A stretch of DNA of 62,911 bases, counting the filler, from Octopus bimaculoides (lineage: Eukaryota): the NCBI RefSeq assembly GCF_001194135.2. It is 4 parts of 3 records of this genome, joined end to end, with 100 filler letters (N's around TTAATTAATTAA, not from the genome) between each part and the next. Parts side by side here need not be neighbours in the genome. Positions count along the whole stretch, not along the records: positions 48,975 to 62,911 come from NC_068996.1; 3 more parts are not named here. One strand, given 5' to 3'. Within the stretch, counting starts at the first letter, position 1, and each line of letters starts with the position of its first letter. The position numbers were made by a program, and so were the translations under genes. Positions 53,278-62,911 of this stretch are shown here, in pieces. Below the pieces are notes generated by a model. That model did no database searches, was not told the DNA's origin, and worked only from the letters and a program-made list of their open reading frames with translations.

Positions 53278-55389
53278 TCGATTTCAAATTACCCCCACAC
53301 TGTTTACATTACCACCTCACTGATTTTGCTAAGATAATGAATTCTAAGACATACAACTCCTGATATTTTTATAATATTAAACACGGATTACATTCAAGAT
53401 TTTTAACTAATCTTAAAATACGGAAATAAGACAAAAATATTAGATCTTTTTAAACACATTTATGATGCGCTGAAAAAAAAACATATCGAATATCAGGATT
53501 TTGTGTTTACAGAATGTAACGATAAGAGATTGATTTGAAGAACGATATGTGTTTTATATACAAACCGAAATTTATTTATACACCTTAAATTGGTAACTAA
53601 ATGTATTTAAATACATTAAAATATCACTGCAGTTTTTTTTTTTTTTTTTTCAGTTTAGAGCTTTGGTATCTTGATTTTCGTGTTTTTTACTTACTGGTGG
53701 CTGCTCAATATATCGAGTGAAGTTGGTAGCATTTACTTTCTTTTCTAGTACTTTATTATTATTTGAAAGTCGATAAGTATTTTTGCCACAAACTTCTGCA
53801 ACAGTGTAAGGACCTCTGCGACGTTCCGTAAGATATCCTTCCTTTCTGTCCTCTCGAATTAGGTTTTTGAGCAGAACTTTATTTTCCAATACTCCAATAT
53901 TGAAATGCTGTTGCTCGTGTTTTCTATCGCATTGTTCTTTTCGAACAGACTGAGCTATTCTAATACTGGAGGCAACTCGAGAAATCATACTGTTCCGAAA
54001 AGCTGTCATAATATCAATTTTTCTGTATATAGATTGATCATTTCCAAAACTGTCCCGATCTTTGGCAGTTGGGCTGTGCTGTAGTTCAACTGGAAGTGAA
54101 GCTTGCCTGTTGTATAAAACTTGAAACGGAGTAAAATGTATTGAAGAATGTTTGGCTGTTCGATATCCAAACAGAACTGCTGGTAAGCGTTAAACTCAGT
54201 TGCCACGGTCCTCAAAGTATTCGATAAAAGTATCTTTTATAGAGCGATTCTGTCGCTCCACGAAGCCATTTGCTTGAAGGTGATACGCACTTGTTATGTG
54301 CTGCTTTGTTCCTGTCAGTTTATGTAGTTCTGCAGGCATTTTGCTTATGAATTCTCTTCCTTGGTCACTTATCTGAATTTTTATACAGCCATGCAGACAA
54401 ATAACATTCTCAAAGAGATACTTTTCCACACTTTCCGCTGTGTGATCTTTCAAAGGTCGAGCGCCAGACCATTTGTAATCCATTGCAACAACAATGCAAC
54501 AATAACCATCATATGCTTTCGGCAAATTGGTGATATCGACACCAATTTGGGCCATCACTTCATTTGGCACAGAAGCAGGATGAAGCTCTCCAACATTAAT
54601 TTTGTGAACAGGATTCACTTTTTGACACTGATCACACGACAAAACGAATTCTTTCGTGTCTTTGTCCACATTTTACTAATAAAACCTCTCTAAAATTTTA
54701 CCACTTGTTCTGTCGACACCAAAATGACTCTCAACCAGCGGGCAGTATCAGTATCTCATGTGAACACTTGAAACAATACTCTTCTGTTCATCCGGATTAC
54801 GAATGACAAAGACTTCTCGATATTCATTTTCAGAATTTCTTACTCTTTCTGTCTCTGTTCTGTAACGAAAGTAAGGTCGACCACTCCGTGCAACATACTG
54901 CTTAGAGAGCCTACGTAGGTTTGCCATTTCGTTTTTGGACATATGACGTCCATATTTATTGTTAACAACATAATCAAATTTCAAATTAATGTTGTCAGCT
55001 TTGTCTTGTGTACTAAAAGTAGCCATTCTGGATATCCTTCTTTCAAATTTCTTCAGCTTTAAGTAACTAATTGAAAACTCCAACTAAATGAAAGCTCTGA
55101 CTTTCTCTGTAATTTACATTACTTTCTCTTTCATTTACAAATGTACATTACTCATACACACACATAATAAACATCAACACCTACATTTAATGAGTTCACC
55201 CATTATCTCTTTTTGCTATCATGGTGACGAACATTTGGGAGAAGATTTTAGGTGGGGTAATCTGAAATCGTAGAGGATAACTTGAAATCGATTTCAAATT
55301 ATCCCCTGGGGTAATCTGAAAGCGATTTCAGTTTGCGGGGGTGGTGTATTAATCTGGATGAGAGGTAATCTAAAATCGCTATACCGGCG
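53278..55389 (-). mobile_element. Ginger/GIN-type DNA transposon (Gypsy-like DDE integrase without RT), degenerate
   Basis: N-terminal ANLRRLSKQY..VH, CDQCQK finger, IGVDIT..AMDY, ISDQGREF, SAYHLQANGFVERQN, C-terminal GPY..V (GPY/F); no protease, RT or RNase H upstream; repeated subterminal GGGGTAATCTGAAATCG motifs. Confidence 0.75.
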
Positions 55390-56165
55390 TAGGCAGCAGT
55401 GGAGGCCTTCGACCCCTTGTACCGTTTGTCACTTGAGGACAGATAGCTCGCAAATGAGTAGCTTCTCCACAAACAAAACAATGCGGCCTTCTGCCCTCAG
55501 TAATTATGTGCAATACCGTCCCGTTTTTGAAGACGAATGTGGTCCGAGATTCTTTTGAAGTTTTCGGGGTTTGATCTGGTGAAGTATCTCCAGATCCACC
55601 CCGGACCAGTCCTCCCGGGAAGTTTTTGACACCTTCATCGGGACGGTATCTGCCCCTTTCTCGATCACGCATCCCAGAAGCCACCACATGTCAAGTCCTG
55701 GTGGAATCCTGAGAATGCGGATACGTGCTATCGTTTTTCCCATATGGGATGGACACATAATGATCTTGCTGGTTTTGTAATGCATCACTGAGTGCTTCAT
55801 AGCGAGGTCTTCTGACTTAAAAAGCACTGAAATGGTGCCGTATTGTCTGTCCCTCGCTATGTATTCGGTATCATCCCTGAGCTTCAATATCTGCTTGTGC
55901 TACTAATGCTGATTTCTTTGTTTCTACTGAAATGCATCTGAAAGGAATCGTTTTTTTTTCTTCTCCGCTGCTTCAATTGCCTCTTTTGGTATGGTTAAGT
56001 CGGTCCAGCTTTGTTTAATGTTGATGACCTTCCAGGCATCTGCCAACTTTTCGTTTTTGTTTGTGAGGTCTATGCTGCAACGTGGCGTTGTCTTGACTGC
56101 TGTTGGTATTGTTGTTCTCGTTGGTGTTGTTCGTGATGATTTTATTGCTACTGCCGCAGTTGTTT
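55390..56165 (-). mobile_element. Tx1/L1-clade LINE copy 1: ORF1 N-terminal part with zinc knuckle
   Basis: EGRRPHCFVCGEATHLRAIC (CX2CX4HX4C); IRILRIPPG. Confidence 0.8.
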
Positions 56166-56260
56166 GTTGTGATGGTCATAATAACAACAACAATAATAAT
56201 AATAACAACAACAATGATAATAATAATAATAATGATAATAATAATAATAACAATAATAAT

Positions 56261-58060
56261 GATTTCATTTATTTTCCACAAGGGCGAAGGATGAGGGGTA
56301 CAATACAGAGACAGGCTTAAAGTGTGGGAGGTTTACATATGATAATGAAATTATAAAAAGAAGTATACACGGTATACACTAGAAAAGAAGAGACATGCAT
56401 TGCATACAATGGTACAAAAAAAAGTGGGAGCAGGAAGAAAATATAGATGTAGCCTTCCTGATATAGGAACGTCTCTAAGGATAATCGAGGAACCCCTATG
56501 AGCAAGTGCCCTCTCCAATTCCTTCTCTCCGACTCACAGGTACCATACACTCTTGCCATTTTCGCAACTTTCAACCAGCTTTCAATAAACTCACTCGAGG
56601 GCAACACTTCCCTCTCCACTCTCAAGTTCCTTTTCAAGTTAATGAGAGCTCTACCAAAGAGGAACGTATCTGTCCTCATGCCTTTCAACCTTGTCTACCA
56701 AACAATCTCTTTCAACACAGCCAATACGCAAAAGAAAACTGTCTTGCCTGCCCGATTGAAGGAGGGTGGCGATGCGTTCATCACTACAGTCTCAGCCGGT
56801 AGACGGATCAGTCCCACACATGACAGAAGCTGTTCAACATAACTCCACAAGTCAGCAATTCCCGGTCACTAAACGAGGGCGTGCAAAACGGTTTCNNNNN
56901 NNNNNGGTAACACCCATCGCTAGGCCAAGGACATTTGCAAATTAACCATGATAGTTATCGACCGGAAAATCCTCCGGAACAAACTAGCCAATCCGTTCTC
57001 ATCGGCGCGCAGAACTCCCCGAGAACGTTGTCGCACTTCCTCGCTACTAATCCTCTATAAATTTCTAAAGCGGAACATCCCATTGCCCGATCCCATTGCC
57101 CGACTGGTAGAGGTTTGTGAACGCCTGACGATATTCTAGGTGCCAGGCGCCCAGTCTCGATCTTTTCTTCACTCAGGATTGCAGCTACGTCAAGGAAACA
57201 TGTTGCGGAAAGACAAGTCTTACAAACGGAGCCCACACACACTCACCTTCCAGAAATCGTTGCAGGTGGCGTAACCTAAGAGCGTGTCTGCGCATTAGGG
57301 GCCACGGCATACCTAATCCGTCACTCAGACGATGCTGGCAATAGACTGACCGCCTGACCATTGGAATGCATCCCTACCACAAGAATCTAAATAAGAGACG
57401 CCCCAACCTGGTCAAGCAGTAACCGTGACAAAGCACGACGGTCAGGCGATAAATGATAACGGAGGCGATGTAAGCATTCGCCACCTCTGCCCGACCTTTC
57501 AGGGACAGCTTTCTTTCAGCCCATTACTGGGTAAGACTGGCCACCCTTTTCGCCACCTCGTCCCAGTTCTTATCAACCTGGAAGTCAGGACCATGCGAGA
57601 CCCCAAGCACTTTAACTGGTCCGTCGGTCCAGCGCCCGATGATGCCGTTCTATGGCATCGTTCTGCCTCTCCAGGAGCCCAACTCCAAGCCAACCGATTT
57701 GCCGGCGTTGATTTTAGCCCCTGCAACTGATTCATATTTCTTTAGGATGGTGCCGTCCGTCTCCACTTCGGAAGTGTCCGACACCATGACGGTGATATCG
57801 TCCCAGTTCGGAAGGGAATACCTCTTAGCTGTTCTAACTTCTGCAACACTGGCTCGGGCACCAAAACGCATAGAAGAGGCGACAACGGGAAGCCTTGACG
57901 GACCGAGCATAGCATGCGATGCCAAACGGCTCCGATAGATGGCCGTTTACTTTGACTACTGAACAGGTGCCGCTGAAAACGGCTCCGAAACCGCCTGCTT
58001 TCAGGACGGCTTCCAAGTAGGGATGGTCGACCCTTTCGAATACTATTAATTGATCCAAGT
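56261..58060 (-). mobile_element. Tx1/L1-clade LINE copy 2: RT domain 3 to 3' end with (ATT)n tail
   Basis: FERVDHPYL, SVRQGFPLSPLL, DDIT..KYESVAGAKIN..KS, ETVLHAL, NLKRNLRVERE; AATAAA then (ATT)n. Confidence 0.85.
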
Positions 58061-58124
58061 GAATCAGAGCACCCCGCGAAGCCAGTTGTGGTTTCAGCCC
58101 TCTCTGTGATGTATAGCATAAGGT

Positions 58125-58460
58125 GGAGGTAATGGGGGTGCATCATAGCCATGTGTTAAGAGGAATTCTGTGAGGTTTGAATAATTTACCACTGGACATA
58201 TGGGTGTTTCATTCAATATCCTTAAACAACCCTCATTCAGGGACCTCTTGATTTTGATGGGCTACTCAAACTGAAGAAAAGTCTAACTGAATTCCACCTG
58301 CGAGTTCATGCACTGTTTATCTTTATATGAGTTCATCATGTCGTACACATATGGTTTCGATGCATGTACCTGATTTACTCTTATCCGACGGGTAGTCATG
58401 ATGGGCTTTGTATATTTTATCCCAATGTCACTTTGGTGGCATGCACTGCTCTCTCACTCA
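58125..58460. mobile_element. Partial copy of the 20977-21490 non-coding element
   Basis: Shared GCATCATAGCC..GGGTAGTCATGATGGG..CTCTCTCACTCA(ATA)n. Confidence 0.75.
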
Positions 58461-58473
58461 ATAATAATAATAA

Positions 58474-59392
58474 TGGATCGACTACCGAAAGGCTTTTGAT
58501 AGCATTCTCCATACATGGATCATAGAAACACTAGCCATGAACAAGGTAGCACCAATAATTATGAAATACATAAGACACCCTATGAATAAATGGCAGACAG
58601 TACTACAGCTCCAAACAAAAGAGGAACTCATGAAAACCAAAGCCATCTCCATTAGAAGAGGAATATTCCAGGGAGAAACGCTCTCTCCACTCCTGTTCTG
58701 CTTGGCACTGACACTTTTATCTGATATGCTAAACAGAACTGGATGCGGATATAAATGTTACGCCAAAACAATCAGCCACCTTTTATATATGGATGACCTA
58801 AAACTGTACGCTACAAATGATAAACAGCTGGAAACATTACTACAGACAGTACATGGATTTACCAAAGAAATAGATATGAAATGTGGATTAGAAAAATGTG
58901 CCAAAGCAACCTTGAAAAGAGAAAAACTAGTTAAAAGTAGCAACATCACACTAGATAAAGCCAATGAAATAAGAGAATTAGACCAAAGTCAGACATTTCG
59001 GAATCAATGAACTAGATACGATACACCACACACAAATAAAAGAGAAAATAAAGAAAGAATACTATAGACGAGTTAGATTAATGCTGAAAACAGAGCTCAA
59101 TGCGAAAAACAAGATAATAGGTATCAACACTCTAGCCGTCCCAGTTATAAGTTACAGCTACAATATCCTTAACTGGACATTAAATGAACTAACCAAAATA
59201 GACAGGAAAACAAGAAAAATGACAGCATTTAGGATGCACCACCCAAAATCTGACATAGAAAGGTTATATATACAACGTATCGAAGGTAGTAGAGAACTTA
59301 TAAAGCTAGAAAACAAAACAAAACAAAATAACCACCATAGGACTGCAAAAATACCCACTTCAGAAGCAAGGAAAACTAATACAAATAGCCAC
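58474..59392 (+). mobile_element. R4/Dong family A, RT domain fragment
   Basis: WIDYRKAFD, RRGIFQGETLSPLLF, SHLLYMDDLKLYA, GLEKCAK; 59305-59392 overlaps the start of 19898-20870. Confidence 0.9.
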
Positions 59393-59544
59393 ACTATTCT
59401 TCTTTTAATTTTATACACGGGGTTTTGTGTTAAGCTCCACAAGGGACTTGTGTTGTATTGCCTCTTTTGTCTTGTATTCGGTCCTTGAGGCCAATAAAGA
59501 AAGCATCATTATAGTTGTTGTTGCTGTTGTTCTTCTTCTTCTTT

Positions 59545-60036
59545 TTCTTATTAAAGCGGCGAGTTGGCAGAATCATTAATACAACGGTGAGATGTATTAA
59601 GGCGGTGAGATGGCAGAATCGTTAGCGCGCCGGGCGAAATGCTTAGCGGTATTTCGTCTGCCGTTACGTTCTGAGTTCAAATTCCGTCGAGGTCGACTTT
59701 GCGTTTCATCCTTTCGAGATCATCCAATTAAGTACCAGTTACGCACTGGGGTCGATGTAATCGACTTAATCCCTTTGTCTGTTCTTGTTTGTCCCCTCTA
59801 TGTTTAGCCACTTGTGGGCAATAAAGAAATAAGAATCATTAATACAACGGATAAAACGCTTAGCTGCATTTCGTCCGCCCTTACGTTCTTAGTTCAATTC
59901 AAATTCCGCCGAGGTCGACATTGTCTGTCATCGTCTCGGGGTCGATAAATAAAGTACCAGTCGAGTACTGTGCTCAATGTAATCGCCTATCCCCCTCCCT
60001 TCAAATTCCAGGCCCTGTGCCTATTGTAGAAAGGAC

Positions 60037-60097
<61 letters not shown>

Positions 60098-60100
60098 GGT
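59545..60100 (+). mobile_element. Tandem SINE family 1 copies ending in (ATT)n
   Basis: Partial head about 59553, full copy about 59600-59835, further copy about 59835-60040. Confidence 0.85.
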
Positions 60101-60668
60101 TTCAAATTTTAACAAGACCGGCAAATAGTTTTATAATCAAGCAAAATTGCTAGGTGTGGTAAAGTGGGACACATTGGAAATAATGANNNNNNNNNNNNNN
60201 NNNNNNNNNNNNNNNNNNNNNNNNNNNNNNNNNNNNNNNNNNNNNNNNNNNNNNNNNNNNNNNNNAGGAGGAGGAGGAGGAGGAGGAGGAGGAGGAGAGA
60301 TAGGGAAGAGGGCTCACAAAGCGACTGATTGTGTGATGTTGAACTATTAATTTTCTCTCTGACAATTTGTCATGATCTAGAAATGCTTGTGTATGCATAT
60401 GTGTGTGACGTTTGAACCGTATCACAGTACTTTGAAACAGTAACTGCTTAACAGCTACGTGAACTCCCAGCTGTTTTAAAAGTTAAAAACGTTGGCAGCG
60501 GACACTATGCGATAACACAGGTAACATAAACCTGCTCGATTATTCCGCTTGTTCTCCAACTGACAAGTAACAGGTCACATCTCCGCCACCTCCATCACAA
60601 AAAATAAGTAAAAATATTAGTACAAACTTTGTCGCCACCCACACCACGTCGTTGTGGCCAATATTATT

Positions 60669-60729
<61 letters not shown>

Positions 60730-60734
<5 letters not shown>

Positions 60735-60895
60735 TAGTCTTATTTTACCACGTACTTTTACAGCACTACGGAGTGCAGCTCTGTGTGGTATAGGTGTGTG
60801 CTGTGGTTTGTTTTAGAGTTATTTTCACTGTATTGAAAGTACTTTACGGAGGATGTGTGCGGTGCTTAGAAGCAGACTTCCGAACCTGGTACTAT
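60730..60895 (-). mobile_element. Diverged R4/Dong family A-like 3' end
   Basis: TTCAGTAG..GCAGCTCTGTG..GTGCTGTGGTTTG..CTGTATTGAAAG next to (ATT)n. Confidence 0.7.
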
Positions 60896-61264
60896 TGTAC
60901 CAAATTTGGTACTTTTGGGGTACGATAATACTTTTGGTAATACGCTGCAATAATCTGGTACTTTTTTCAAATTTTCTCGCTTTATGTAAAAAAAAAATTA
61001 AGTTTATAGTTTATGTAAGTGAACAATGTAACAATAAATACATTACATTACTATTGGACTAACTATTTTTTATCAGAATATATTTTGCGACATTTTATAA
61101 CGCGCAGTTTATAGCTAATTGATATAGGACGTGTTCAATACATGTATCATACGTACCATCCAATATCGCTGGCTTGCCGCCTCTGATGCCACTCAGTAGC
61201 ATGTTTTATGCATAAATGACAAGTGCTTCCTTACTATCTCATTAAACTATTATCAATTCCTCTC

Positions 61265-61655
61265 AGCACATGGCTATTATGATGCTCACCTACCACTTCG
61301 TCAGGTCGAGTAACCCATCCTGCTCAAAAGGTCCCTGAATAAGGGTTGTTTAAGGATGTTGAACAAAACATGTTTCCAAAGGTGAATTATGTAAACTCCA
61401 AAGAATTCCTTTCAACTCATGGCTATGATGCTCCCCCACTACTTCTGCTCGTGATCAGAGATGCACATATCGTCAGCCACCAAGGGACATGCTCAACTGG
61501 TTAAGGTCAAACAACTGACAAGCAAATCTGTGGTATTGAGCAGAATATTTGCTATAACCCATCTTTTATAACAAAACAAAACAATGTACATGATAGCATT
61601 TGCAATCAGTTAAGATCGGGAGCCCTGAAAATCACTGCGTAGTACTGCATCAGGG
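61265..61655. mobile_element. Inverted partial copy of the 20977-21490 element
   Basis: Reverse complement of GGTATAAAAGATGGGCTATAGCAAATATTCTGCTCAATACCACAG; followed by ATT/ATC repeats. Confidence 0.78.
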
Positions 61656-61683
61656 TATTTATTGTTGTTATCATCATCATCAA

Positions 61684-61732
<49 letters not shown>

Positions 61733-61779
61733 GTTGTTGTTGTTGTTGTTGTTATTATCATTTTATTCTTTTACTTTTT

Positions 61780-62001
61780 TTCAGTTATTTGACTGAGGCC
61801 ATGCTAGAGCACCGCCTTTTAGTCGAGCAAATCGACCCCAGGACTTATTCCTTGTAAGCCTAGTACTTATTCTATCGGGTCTCTTTTGCCGGACTGCTAG
61901 TTACGTAAGCATAAAAAAACCAGCACCGGCTGTCAAGCGATGGTGGGGGAGGTAAGCACAGACACACAAGTACAGACACACAAGCACAGACACACAGACA
62001 C

Positions 62002-62036
<35 letters not shown>

Positions 62037-62041
62037 CACAA

Positions 62042-62072
<31 letters not shown>

Positions 62073-62222
62073 CAACGGGCTTCTTTCAGTTTCCGTCTAC
62101 CAAATCCACTGGTCGGCCTGAGGCTTTAGTAAAAGACACTTGCACAAGTTGTCACGCAGTGGGATTGAACCCAGAATGATGTGGTTGGTAAGCAAGCTAC
62201 TTACCACATAGTCACACATGCG
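61780..62222 (-). mobile_element. SINE family 4, near-complete
   Basis: Homologous to 24295-24692. Confidence 0.85.
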
Positions 62223-62244
62223 TCTATATTTACTACACAGCCAA

Positions 62245-62826
62245 GCGACGAAAGGCTGGTAGAATCTTTAGCACGCTGGACGAGGTGCTTAGCGGTATTT
62301 CACCCGTCGCTATGTTCTGAGTTCCAATTCCGCCGAGGTCGACTTTGCCTTTCACATTTTGAGGATCGATGAAGTACCAGTTATGCACTGGGTCGATGTA
62401 ATCGACTAGTCCCCTCTCCTCAAATTTTACTCCTTGTGCCTATAGTAGAAAAGATTATTATTATTACTAAGGTGGCGAAAGGCAGCGAGCTGCCAGGAGT
62501 GTTAGCACGCCGAGCAAAATTCTTCGCGACATTTCGTCCGTCTTTACATTCTGAGTTCAAATTCCGCCGAAGTCGACTTTGCTTTTCATCCCTTCTGGGT
62601 CAATGAAATAAGTACCAGTTGAGCACTGGGGTTGATGAAATCGACTAGCCCCCGCCCCCAAAATTTTATCCTCTGTGCCTGCGGCGAGCAGTATTTCGCC
62701 CGTTACTACGTCCTGAGTTCAAATTCCGCCGAGGTCGAAAAAATAAGTACCAGTTAAACACTGGGATCGATGTAATCGATTCTTTCCCTCCCCTAAAATG
62801 ACTGCCCTTGGGGCAAAATTTGAAAC

Positions 62827-62830
<4 letters not shown>
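62245..62830 (+). mobile_element. Three head-to-tail SINE family 1 copies
   Basis: GTTCCAATTCC/GTTCAAATTCC B-box three times; ATT tails at about 62457 and 62828. Confidence 0.85.
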
Positions 62831-62878
<48 letters not shown>

Positions 62879-62911
62879 GTTCAGTAGTTTTATTTTTATA
62901 ACGTGCTTTCA
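62879..62911 (-). mobile_element. R4/Dong family A 3' terminus
   Basis: Reverse complement of TGAAAGCACGTTATAAAAATAAAACTACTGAAC. Confidence 0.85.

Noticed and set aside
53650-55083. Gypsy LTR retrotransposon
   Set aside because: No gag, protease, RT, RNase H or LTRs; the ORF begins just upstream of the integrase zinc finger.

Overview
This is eukaryotic, AT-rich, repeat-saturated DNA. The SINE families and the (AAT)n/(CA)n/(TA)n density resemble what I recall of octopod cephalopod genomes; the organism is inferred, not proven. Three artificial 100-bp spacers (44 N + TTAATTAATTAA + 44 N) divide the window into four separately assembled segments: 1-13530, 13631-19797, 19898-48874 and 48975-62911. 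I can support no host protein-coding gene, and most listed ORFs are microsatellite or N artefacts. The window is a stack of decayed mobile elements: (1) about 16 fragments from roughly five R4/Dong-like RLE retrotransposon families, most abutting (AAT)n; (2) three Tx1/L1-like fragments and an RTE LINE; (3) mariner DD34D and maT DD37D remnants; (4) a Helitron; (5) a Ginger/GIN-type integrase transposon nested in a Tx1 ORF1; (6) several tRNA-type SINE families; and (7) Penelope-like pieces. The most interesting signals are two families of type I hammerhead-ribozyme-bearing repeats arranged as inverted pseudo-LTRs, a 2A-like VEPNPGP motif directly ahead of a Penelope-type N-terminus, and repeated tail-to-tail junctions between Dong 3' ends and SINE (ATT)n tails. 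Coordinates of degenerate elements are approximate.
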